NCBI GenBank assembly: GCA_913048575.1
Contig: CAJWWJ010000001.1
Coordinates: 1 to 59,441, forward strand
From: an uncultured Halieaceae bacterium
GTDB taxonomy: Bacteria > Pseudomonadota > Gammaproteobacteria > Pseudomonadales > Halieaceae
DNA: 59,441 nt
Reading direction: 5' to 3'
A program made the position numbers and the translations under genes. The notes under the pieces are model-generated. The model saw nothing but the letters and a program-made list of their open reading frames with translations, ran no database searches and had not been told where the DNA came from. This document shows, one piece after another, positions 31,180 to 39,733 of this stretch (position 1 is its first letter; each line of letters opens with the position of its first letter).

Positions 31180-32706
31180 TTACGCTGCCGTATACGAATC
31201 GAGTAAATGTCGCTTGTACAGTTTTCCATTATCCATTCGAGGCAACTGCTCCAAAAAATCGATGGTCTTGGGTACCTTGATACTGGACAGTCGATCCCGC
31301 ATCCACTCCGTTAACTCAGCAGCGGTTTGCTCCGTCGCATCGGCCCAGTTGACCGGCTGGATAACGGCGGTCACCGCCTCACCATACTCAGGATGTGGCA
31401 CCCCAAATACTGCCGCATCCGCCACTTTATCGTGAGCCACTAAAAGCCCCTCTATTTCCGCGGGGTAGACATTGACACCCCCGGTGATGATGGTGAAGTT
31501 TTTACGGTCTGTCAGATAGAGAAACCCCTCCTCATCCAGATAACCCATGTCACCCGTGGTCGCCCAACCCTGATCGTTAAAAGCTTCGCGCGTCTTCTCC
31601 GGCTCATCGAAATATTCAAAGGGTCGGCTATCGGCAAAGTAAATTTCACCGACTTCGCCCGTCGCCAATACCTCGCCATCCTCACCAACAATTCTAGGAT
31701 CACCAAATAGGGGCCGACCCACCGAGCCTTTGTGGGTGAGCCATGCCGCAGAATCGATAATGGTAAAGCCGATCGACTCGCTCGCGGCGTAGTATTCGAC
31801 GATGACCTGGCCCCACCAATCAATCATTTGCTCCTTGATGTCGATCGGGCATGGCGCTGCCGCATGAATCGCTACTTTCATAGAGCTCAGGTCGTAGCCA
31901 GAGCGGTTCGCCTCTGGCAATTTGAGCATGCGCACGAACATGATGGGCACCCACTGACTATGGGTTATCTGATACTGCTCGATGAGGGCTAACGACCGCT
32001 CGGGGTCAAATTGCTCCATGATCACGGAGGTCCCACCCATTCCCAGTACCATCAAGTTGTAGTGCAACGGGGCCGCGTGGTAGAGCGGCGCAGGCGACAG
32101 ATAGACGGTCTTTTCATCGAAGCCAAAAAAAGCACCAATACTGCCGGCTAGAGGATGAGGTGCCTGAATGCTATCCGAATGGGGCTGCCAGAATACCCCC
32201 TTCGGTTTGCCGGTTGTTCCTGACGAATACAGCATGGGAGCACCCAAACACTCATCTTCAATCGGTGTCTCTGGGCACTCATCTAACAACCCAGTTAATG
32301 CGTCAAAGCCCTCGATATCTCCCCCAACAGAAAGGCAGCGCACTAATCCAGCCGCGCTCCGTGATGCCTCTGACGCCACGGTAGAGAGACTGGAAGACGC
32401 AATGAAAACTTTGGCCTGACAGTTATTGATGATGTAGGCCGTCTCGTCTTTCTTGAGATGAGTACTGATTGGCGTAAAAATGATTCCGGCGCGATTGGCC
32501 GCCTGCGCCACCTGCAGGAACTCAGGACAGTTTTTGAGCATCATGGCGATATGGTCGCCCGGTCTCAGCCCCAGTGAGCGCAGTAGGTGGGCAATTTGGT
32601 TCGACCGACGATCCAGCTGCCCATAGGTCACCGTCTCGCCGGAGTTGGCCATTATGTAGGCCGGTCGATCTGGCGTCTCGATAGCATAAGTCGAAAAATG
32701 CGTCAT
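31180..32706 (-). CDS. Acyl-CoA synthetase (AMP-binding)
   Basis: YSSGTTGKPKG, APLYHAAP, HAAAPCP and TGDMGYLD motifs. Confidence 0.92.
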   Translation of the reverse strand: MTHFSTYAIETPDRPAYIMANSGETVTYGQLDRRSNQIAHLLRSLGLRPGDHIAMMLKNCPEFLQVAQAANRAGIIFTPISTHLKKDETAYIINNCQAKVFIASSSLSTVASEASRSAAGLVRCLSVGGDIEGFDALTGLLDECPETPIEDECLGAPMLYSSGTTGKPKGVFWQPHSDSIQAPHPLAGSIGAFFGFDEKTVYLSPAPLYHAAPLHYNLMVLGMGGTSVIMEQFDPERSLALIEQYQITHSQWVPIMFVRMLKLPEANRSGYDLSSMKVAIHAAAPCPIDIKEQMIDWWGQVIVEYYAASESIGFTIIDSAAWLTHKGSVGRPLFGDPRIVGEDGEVLATGEVGEIYFADSRPFEYFDEPEKTREAFNDQGWATTGDMGYLDEEGFLYLTDRKNFTIITGGVNVYPAEIEGLLVAHDKVADAAVFGVPHPEYGEAVTAVIQPVNWADATEQTAAELTEWMRDRLSSIKVPKTIDFLEQLPRMDNGKLYKRHLLDSYTAA

Positions 32707-32760
32707 GGCTGCCTCGTTTCAGATTATCATTCCCCATAACTATACAAGTTCGGACTGGAG

Positions 32761-33561
32761 ATGGTAGTGACCAGCGACAGCGAATCTGGCCTCGATATCA
32801 GGCGCCTCTGCCGCACGGGGGACTTCGTCGAGCCGACGTCAGGGCGTGCGCCTGGATACGTCCAGTGCAACGTCGTGATGATGCCCGCCGATTTAGCACA
32901 CCACTTTCTGGGCTTCTGCGAGCACAATCCTCGTCCCTGCCCGCTGCTCGCAATGAGCGAGGCGCCCGGCTCTGTCGCGCTAACGGCTTTGGCAACGGAC
33001 ATCGATATTCGCACTGACCTCCCTCAGTATCGAATCTGGCGAGACGGCATGCTCACTGAACGCTGTGACAACGTGACGCACGTCTGGGAGGATGACTGGG
33101 TCGCTTTTGCGCTTGGCTGTTCCTTTTCGTTTGAAGAGGCACTCATCGGTGCAGGCATAGCCGTTCGCAATATCATTGAGGGAGTCAACGTCCCGATGTA
33201 TCGCACTAATATCCCCTGTACCCCAGCTGGCCCCTTTGCGGGCAATATGGTGGTCAGCATGCGTCCCATGCCAGCGGCCGACGCCATTGAAGCGATTCAA
33301 ATTTGTGCTCGCTTCCCGTCTGTTCATGGCGCGCCCATCCATATCGGGGACCCTGGCCACCTAGGTATTGATGATCTCGGCAGCCCTGATTTTGGCGACG
33401 CCGTCACCCTGCACTCCACCGATATGCCCGTATTTTGGGCCTGCGGCGTCACGCCTCAGGTGGCACTTGAGGCGGCCAAATTGCCGATTGCGATCACCCA
33501 CGAACCCGGCCACATGCTTGTGACCGATCTTAAAAACACCGACTTGGCGATATCACGATGA
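32761..33561 (+). CDS. DUF1445 putative hydro-lyase (YcsI; N-terminal half of D-glutamate cyclase)
   Basis: FCEHNPRPCPLL, DIRTDLP, GCSFSFE, VVSMRP, HGAP, FWACGVTPQ and ITHEPGHM motifs. Confidence 0.9.
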   Translation: MVVTSDSESGLDIRRLCRTGDFVEPTSGRAPGYVQCNVVMMPADLAHHFLGFCEHNPRPCPLLAMSEAPGSVALTALATDIDIRTDLPQYRIWRDGMLTERCDNVTHVWEDDWVAFALGCSFSFEEALIGAGIAVRNIIEGVNVPMYRTNIPCTPAGPFAGNMVVSMRPMPAADAIEAIQICARFPSVHGAPIHIGDPGHLGIDDLGSPDFGDAVTLHSTDMPVFWACGVTPQVALEAAKLPIAITHEPGHMLVTDLKNTDLAISR

Positions 33562-34298
33562 ACCAACCGCTGACATTAAACTGCGATATGGGCGAAGGCT
33601 TTGGCCCCTGGAAGATGGGTAATGACGAAGGCATCATGCCTCTGATCGATGCGGCAAATATCGCCTGCGGCGGCCATGCGGGTGATCCCAGCACGATGCG
33701 TCAGTGCGTTGCGCTGGCGCGCAAGCATGATACCGAGATTGGCGCACATGTCTCATACCCCGATAAAGAGGGTTTCGGGCGCAGAGCAATGGACATCCGC
33801 GGGCAAGCGCTCGTGGATTTGATTCACTATCAGGTGGGCGCACTGGACGGTATTGCACGCGCGCACGGTCGTCGCGTTACCTACATCAAACCCCATGGTG
33901 CGCTGTATCACGCCATACTCGCTGACCCCAGTCTCATGAATGACATCATGCGCGCGGCCGCTAGTTGGCATGCCAACTTAGAGCTCGTGGTCCTCGCCAC
34001 CCCGAGAGACCGCAAAACAGTCCAGCTCGCCGTAGAACATGGCCTCAACTTGCGCTACGAAGCGTTTGCTGACCGTGGCTATACGACCCGAGGGCTTCTT
34101 CTGAGCCGAGACAAGCCCGGTGCGGTGCTGACACCTGAGGAGGCGGCACAGCAAGCGATAGCCATCACCCATAACAAACTAAAAACATCTAGGGGAAAAC
34201 GCATACCCGTTAGTGCCGACACGTTGTGCGTTCACAGTGATTCACCGGGCGCAGTGAAGATGATCCGCGCCATTCGACAGGCCCTGGATCACTCGTAA
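33558..34298 (+). CDS. pxpA: 5-oxoprolinase subunit A (LamB/YcsF)
   Basis: LNCDMGE, NIACGGHAG, GAHVSYPD, KPHGALY, EAFADRGY and TLCVHSD motifs. Confidence 0.94.
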   Translation: MNQPLTLNCDMGEGFGPWKMGNDEGIMPLIDAANIACGGHAGDPSTMRQCVALARKHDTEIGAHVSYPDKEGFGRRAMDIRGQALVDLIHYQVGALDGIARAHGRRVTYIKPHGALYHAILADPSLMNDIMRAAASWHANLELVVLATPRDRKTVQLAVEHGLNLRYEAFADRGYTTRGLLLSRDKPGAVLTPEEAAQQAIAITHNKLKTSRGKRIPVSADTLCVHSDSPGAVKMIRAIRQALDHS

Positions 34299-34994
34299 AT
34301 GTCATTTACCATCGGACCAGCCGGCGACACGGCGATACGCCTGAGTTTTCAGGAACCGCCTAGCCCCCGTCTGACTCGAGTGTTGCTGCAGCTGCAGCGC
34401 ACTGCGCAGGATTATTTTTTTAACGCACTCAGTGACAGCGTCGTGGGCTATGCCACCCTCACACTCTTTTTCACCCCACTCAGTTTGCAACGTGACCAGG
34501 TAACTGCGTGGCTGGAAAAAACAGCCCGCTCGCTGAGCGACTCGCAAGAGACCCACGCTGCGCACAGCCAAGAGACCGTGGTGCTCCCGGTTTTTTATGA
34601 TCCAGCCGTAGCGCCCGACTTGGTGACTTTGGCCGACGACCTTGGCATGACCATTGACGCACTGACCACCTTGCACAGCGCAACCCCTTATTTCGCCTAT
34701 GCGACTGGATTTGCTCCCGGGTTTTGCTACCTCGGCACACTGGATCCACGCCTGAAAACACCGCGACTGAGCACGCCTCGGCGGCGTGTACCCGCCGGCG
34801 CGGTCGCCATCGCAGATCAACAAACCGCCGTTTACCCCTGTGAGTCGCCCGGTGGATGGCGAATCATTGGCGCCTGCCCGGTCACACTGTTTGACCTTGC
34901 CGCCACGCCCGTTAGCACGCTGGCTGTGGGGGATTCAGTGCGCTTTGAGGCCATCGATGAGCAAACTTACCGCGCGCTAGGGGGGCAACTGTGA
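34299..34994 (+). CDS. pxpB: 5-oxoprolinase subunit B (KipI/AHS1)
   Basis: GFAPGFCYLG, PRRRVPAGAVAIA and SPGGWRIIG motifs. Confidence 0.93.
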   Translation: MSFTIGPAGDTAIRLSFQEPPSPRLTRVLLQLQRTAQDYFFNALSDSVVGYATLTLFFTPLSLQRDQVTAWLEKTARSLSDSQETHAAHSQETVVLPVFYDPAVAPDLVTLADDLGMTIDALTTLHSATPYFAYATGFAPGFCYLGTLDPRLKTPRLSTPRRRVPAGAVAIADQQTAVYPCESPGGWRIIGACPVTLFDLAATPVSTLAVGDSVRFEAIDEQTYRALGGQL

Positions 34995-35923
34995 GAACGC
35001 TGACCCTCGACAAAGCGGGCATTGCCTCCACCATACAAGACGGTGGTCGACTCGGTACTCTGCACGCGGGCATTGCCGCCGCAGGCGCTATGGATCCTCT
35101 CGCATTGAAAGCTGGACAGCATTGCCTCGGACATCGTGCTGGAGAGGCGGCTATCGAGATCGCTTATGGCAATGTCAGGGCAACGCCGTCCCACGACTGC
35201 GCCCTGGTGGTCACGGGCGCACCCGCGATGCTATTGATTGATAACGAGTCTGTGCCTATGAGGTCCATACAGACACTCAGCGCCGGTCAGACACTGACCA
35301 TCGGCCCGCCCTCAGAGGGCATCTATAGTTACCTCCACGTCTCAGGAGGCTTTGATACTCAACCCATTTTTAACAGTCGAAGTACCTCTCCGAGAGAGGG
35401 TATCGGCGGATTACATGGCAGCTACCTTCGGGATCAAGACACGGTCCCTCTGGGCGACGGCGCACCACCCATCGACAATGACGGCGCGGACCCAGGTCTG
35501 TGCAGCATCGAGCAACGAGCCGTTTTGACGCTTCGCTACGTACCGGGCTACCAATATGATGAGCTTGCCCCTGCACTCATCCAAAGGCTTAACGGGGACC
35601 ACTTTGAGGTTACTTCGAAAGCCAATCGAATGGGGATCACCCTCAATGGCCCTCCGTTGAAGACCGGTGTAGAGTCGCTACTGTCAGAGGCAACCTGCCA
35701 GGGCGCCATTCAAATCCCACCCAACGGAAACCCTATCGTCCTCATGAAAGATCGACAAACAATGGGTGGCTACCCCATTCCCGGCGCCGTCATTGAGAGC
35801 GACTGTGTGCGCCTTGCTCAAGCACGTCCAGGACAGAAAATTCGTTTTGCCGCTTGCACTCCGCAGGAAGCCGACAATATCAGGTGGCTAGAACATCATT
35901 ATGTTGAGACGCGACTGCGATGA
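34991..35923 (+). CDS. pxpC: 5-oxoprolinase subunit C (KipA/AHS2)
   Basis: TIQDGGR, GAMD, NRMG and GAIQIPPNGNPIVLMKDRQTMGGYP motifs. Confidence 0.93.
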   Translation: MRTLTLDKAGIASTIQDGGRLGTLHAGIAAAGAMDPLALKAGQHCLGHRAGEAAIEIAYGNVRATPSHDCALVVTGAPAMLLIDNESVPMRSIQTLSAGQTLTIGPPSEGIYSYLHVSGGFDTQPIFNSRSTSPREGIGGLHGSYLRDQDTVPLGDGAPPIDNDGADPGLCSIEQRAVLTLRYVPGYQYDELAPALIQRLNGDHFEVTSKANRMGITLNGPPLKTGVESLLSEATCQGAIQIPPNGNPIVLMKDRQTMGGYPIPGAVIESDCVRLAQARPGQKIRFAACTPQEADNIRWLEHHYVETRLR

Positions 35924-36774
35924 GAGACCAAGCTACCCTCACTGTTTCTGAAGCGCTTGAAACGCTTTTGGTAGCCCATAATCACCGGGGCATGCGGGAT
36001 GTACGAGCAACGCTAGAACCAGGCTACTTGCTGCGCGCTGCGGACATGATTTACGGGTGCACGGGGCGAGCTTATATCCTAACGGGGTTCCCTGTAGCCG
36101 GTACATTTGAGACAGACGGACCGGCTGGCGCAATGGCGTTATACCAACTTTTACTGCAACGCGGCGCTCAGCCGACGATCCTATCCGACCGACCCATCAC
36201 CCATGCTTTATCGAAAGACTTCCTGTGTACTGAACTCGCTACCGGTACCCGTGGCGAAATCGCTGACGCGGTCTCTTTGCTATATCAGCAGGCCCCACCT
36301 GACCTAGTGATCAGCATCGAGCGCCCAGGGACCGCGGCGGACGGTCACTGTTACAATATGGCAGGCGACGATATATCAGCGGCTTGCAGCTCGGCCGAGC
36401 CCTACCTTGAGCTCGCCACCTGCCCTACGATTGCGATAGGAGATGGCGGCAACGAGTTAGGTATGGGCAAAGCTCAAGCAGCCCTCACCTCACTCAATAT
36501 CAGGGCGGCGATTAGCGATTGTGATGAATTAATTGTGGCAGACGTGTCGAATTGGGCTGCCTATGCTCTCTATGCCCTTGTTCAGTGGTTAGATAACAAG
36601 CCGCATGATCTTGCGCTCGATATTCAACAGGCGTTGGCCTACCTCGTTTCAGTTGGCGCGGTAGATGGTGTCACGGGGCTGCCCACCCCAACCGAAGACG
36701 GATTTCCGGCCAACGCTGGCCCCCACCTGCTGGCAGAAGCCAATACCATTCTGACTAGGACGGCGGCGGCATGA
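35920..36774 (+). CDS. DUF4392 protein (C-terminal half of D-glutamate cyclase)
   Basis: TGFP...ETDGPAGA, ISIERPG, YNMAG, IGDGGNELGMG and VSNW motifs. Confidence 0.88.
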   Translation: MRDQATLTVSEALETLLVAHNHRGMRDVRATLEPGYLLRAADMIYGCTGRAYILTGFPVAGTFETDGPAGAMALYQLLLQRGAQPTILSDRPITHALSKDFLCTELATGTRGEIADAVSLLYQQAPPDLVISIERPGTAADGHCYNMAGDDISAACSSAEPYLELATCPTIAIGDGGNELGMGKAQAALTSLNIRAAISDCDELIVADVSNWAAYALYALVQWLDNKPHDLALDIQQALAYLVSVGAVDGVTGLPTPTEDGFPANAGPHLLAEANTILTRTAAA

Positions 36775-37628
36775 CCATTGCTTACCTCAACGGCGACTTT
36801 GTTCCACTGACCGAAGCGCGCATCTCGCCCATGGACAGAGGCTTCTTATTCGGCGATGGCGTTTACGAAGTCATTCCCAGTTATCAAGGCCAGTTTGTGG
36901 CGCTGGATTATCATCTGGAGCGATTAAGAAACTCCCTTGAGGGCATTGATCTGGCCATCAACCAGTCCGACGAGCAACTGGTCGCCTTGCTTGACGAACT
37001 GTGCCGACAAAATGGTAGCGGTGATCACGGGGTGTATCTTCAAATCACTCGAGGGGTCGTAGAAAAGCGACAGCATGCCTTTTCCGCAGAGAGTACCCCA
37101 ACAATATTCGCCTACCCTTTTACGATCGCGCCACCATCAGACGGCTCACCTGCCAATGCAGCATGCTTTACTGCGGTAACCCGAACCGATAAGCGATGGT
37201 CGCGCTGTGATATTAAGTCGACTGCGCTACTCGGTAACGTGCTGCATATGATGGAGGCCGTCGATGACGGAGCTCAGGAAGTCCTGTTGTTCAACCAACG
37301 AGACGAGCTCACTGAAGCGGCAGCCTGTAACGTGTTTATTGTCGACGCTGGTAAAATACTCACGCCAGCACTCGATCATCACATTTTGCCCGGTGTGACG
37401 CGTCGCCTCTGTCTCGACCTCTTGGCGGCACACACCAACTGGAGCGTCGAAATTCGTCCTGTCACGCGTGCGGAAGTCCGCAGCGCCGAAGAGATCTGGC
37501 TCAGCTCGTCGACCAAGGAGCTGGCTCCAGTGATTCAGATCGATGGTCAGCCAGTGGGGTCTGGTCAGCCGGGTCCGCTGTGGTCTCAGGCACAGCGCCT
37601 CTTTCACCTGTATCGGTTTAACCGCTGA
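36771..37628 (+). CDS. dat: D-amino-acid aminotransferase (PLP fold IV)
   Basis: DRGFLFGDGVYEV, YLQITRG, an R-x-H carboxylate trap (RQH), DIKS (PLP Lys) and ILPGVTR. Confidence 0.85.
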   Translation: MTIAYLNGDFVPLTEARISPMDRGFLFGDGVYEVIPSYQGQFVALDYHLERLRNSLEGIDLAINQSDEQLVALLDELCRQNGSGDHGVYLQITRGVVEKRQHAFSAESTPTIFAYPFTIAPPSDGSPANAACFTAVTRTDKRWSRCDIKSTALLGNVLHMMEAVDDGAQEVLLFNQRDELTEAAACNVFIVDAGKILTPALDHHILPGVTRRLCLDLLAAHTNWSVEIRPVTRAEVRSAEEIWLSSSTKELAPVIQIDGQPVGSGQPGPLWSQAQRLFHLYRFNR

Positions 37629-37630
37629 TT

Positions 37631-38698
37631 ATGGCGCGGGCAACAACACTACATATTGATCTTAGCGCGATCAGCGCGAACGTGGTGACAGTGAGAACGC
37701 GTATTGGCGCGCAAAAGCTGATGGCAGTCGTCAAAGCCGATGCCTACGGACACGGCGCCGTTCAAGTAGCAAAACAGATCGAAGGTCAGGTCGATGCACT
37801 GGCTGTCGCGATGACAGAAGAGGCGATTATTTTGCGCGAAGCGGGTGTGGCCGCGCCTATTTTGGTCTTAGAGGGACCACAGTCAGAGGATGAAATCGGC
37901 TTGATGGTAGAAATGGCGCTATGGCCCGCGTTACACCATAGCGAACAGCTGATCTGGTGCGGACAGCATGCCTCTCTCCTGTCAGCAGCGTGGTTGAAAC
38001 TGGATACGGGTATGCACCGGCTGGGTTTCTCCCCAGACACACTCCCCCAAGCAGTCAGTGCGGCACACGCGGCAGGGATCACCGACATTACCTTGATGTC
38101 GCATCTCGCCGCAGCAGAGCATCCTGATGCGGATCTGACAAGCTTTCAGCTGGCGGCGTGGCAGGAGCAACTAAAGGACTGGCAAGGGGCTGTCAGCCTT
38201 CATAATTCGGCTGCCGCCCGCACCCGTTCCGCGGGCGCCAGTGACTGGGCAAGACTGGGCTACGCCCTATATGGCGGGCAAATAAACGGACTTGCAAACG
38301 ACGAGACTCTGCGATCCGCCATGCGCTTTGCTACCTCGGTGCTCGCACTTCGCGATGTCAAACGTGGCGAGTCAGTCGGGTATGGTGGACGCTGGGTGGC
38401 ACAGCGCGACAGTCGCATCGCCACCTTGCCGGTCGGCTATGCCGATGGCTACCCCTGGGCTGCACGTGACGGCGCACCGATCGGTATCGCCGACCACATT
38501 GCCCCACTGGCGGGTCGAGTCTCAATGGACATGGTGACAGTTGATGTGACCGACTACGCGCACATCGAAGTCGGCGCGCCCGCGGTGCTATGGGGCTCTC
38601 AACCCGGCGTTGATGAGGTCGCGCAACATTGCAATACCATTGGCTACGAGTTAATGACTCGTGTGACCAGTCGGGTACCCCGGTGTTATCACCCATAG
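37631..38698 (+). CDS. alr: Alanine racemase
   Basis: AVVKADAYGHG (PLP Lys), DTGMHRLG, VGYGG (Tyr), GYADG and GRVSMD motifs. Confidence 0.94.
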   Translation: MARATTLHIDLSAISANVVTVRTRIGAQKLMAVVKADAYGHGAVQVAKQIEGQVDALAVAMTEEAIILREAGVAAPILVLEGPQSEDEIGLMVEMALWPALHHSEQLIWCGQHASLLSAAWLKLDTGMHRLGFSPDTLPQAVSAAHAAGITDITLMSHLAAAEHPDADLTSFQLAAWQEQLKDWQGAVSLHNSAAARTRSAGASDWARLGYALYGGQINGLANDETLRSAMRFATSVLALRDVKRGESVGYGGRWVAQRDSRIATLPVGYADGYPWAARDGAPIGIADHIAPLAGRVSMDMVTVDVTDYAHIEVGAPAVLWGSQPGVDEVAQHCNTIGYELMTRVTSRVPRCYHP

Positions 38699-38782
38699 CG
38701 CTGGATTACCAACGCGCACTGCCCAGAGAAACGACAAGTCATCGCGTTCTCATAGGGCGCTCTGTCGACACAGGCCGTCATC

Positions 38783-39715
38783 GTGACTGAAACCTCGCCG
38801 CGCTCTCCGCAAGCTTTCTGCCTGGCTGCCGTCGACTTAGGCAGCAACTCGTTTCACCTCAACATCACGCGGGTCGATCACGATCAAATATGCCCGATTC
38901 ACACTCTGTCAGAAAGAGTGCAACTGGGCGAGGAAAACGACTCGGGAGCACTGACACCGGCGGCGGTTGGTCGCGGGCTCGCCTGTCTAAAACGATTTAA
39001 GCAACTACTTGATGAGACCGGTCCCTACCCTATCCGAGTGGTCGGCACCCATGCATTACGACGAGCGAAAAACCGAAGCGACTTTATTACCCCAGCCGAG
39101 GCGCTGCTTGGCACACCGATTGAGATACTGCACGGCGAAGAAGAGGCGAGGCTCATCTACACTGGCGTCGCACAAACCTTATCCGACAGCCAAACGCCTC
39201 ATTTAGTGATCGATGTCGGCGGAGGCAGCACCGAGTTCATCTTGGGCTGCGATGCAAAGCCACTTCGTTTAGAAAGCCTGCCCCTCGGTTGCGTATCCTA
39301 TGGTGAAGCCTTTTTTTCAGGCGGAGACATCACGGCGGCTCGGTTCGACGCCGCGCGCCAACAAGCAAGCCATGCGGTCTCAGCGCTCTATCCAAGCTTC
39401 AGCCATGCCCCCTGGCAAGAGACAATTGGCGCGTCGGGAACACTCATCGCCCTAGAGCGAATCGTTGTCGCTGCCGGCTGGCGCCCATCGGGCATCGACC
39501 GGGCGTCACTGACCGCACTCCGACAGAAATTACTGAGCTTCCATCGCGTAGGCGATATCGATCTGGCGGGACTGAGCGCACACCGGAAAGCGGTCGTCAC
39601 AGCGGGCTTAGCCATCACCCTGGGTATTTTTGACGGACTGCGCCTCGAATCGATGAACACGTCAACGAGCGCTTTGCGCGAAGGGGTCATCCACGAGCTA
39701 CTAGCGCATATCTGA
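38783..39715 (+). CDS. ppx: Short Ppx/GppA exopolyphosphatase (two ASKHA domains, no HD domain)
   Basis: DLGSNSFH, GEEEARL, DVGGGSTE and ALREG, followed by a stop at 310 aa. Confidence 0.85.
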   Translation: MTETSPRSPQAFCLAAVDLGSNSFHLNITRVDHDQICPIHTLSERVQLGEENDSGALTPAAVGRGLACLKRFKQLLDETGPYPIRVVGTHALRRAKNRSDFITPAEALLGTPIEILHGEEEARLIYTGVAQTLSDSQTPHLVIDVGGGSTEFILGCDAKPLRLESLPLGCVSYGEAFFSGGDITAARFDAARQQASHAVSALYPSFSHAPWQETIGASGTLIALERIVVAAGWRPSGIDRASLTALRQKLLSFHRVGDIDLAGLSAHRKAVVTAGLAITLGIFDGLRLESMNTSTSALREGVIHELLAHI

Positions 39716-39733
39716 AACCCGATCAGTTAATCC

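Noticed and set aside
33558-35923. Calling pxpB/pxpC allophanate hydrolase or KipI/KipA sporulation regulators
   Set aside because: These are legacy annotations. Coupling to pxpA and the absence of a urea carboxylase support 5-oxoprolinase.
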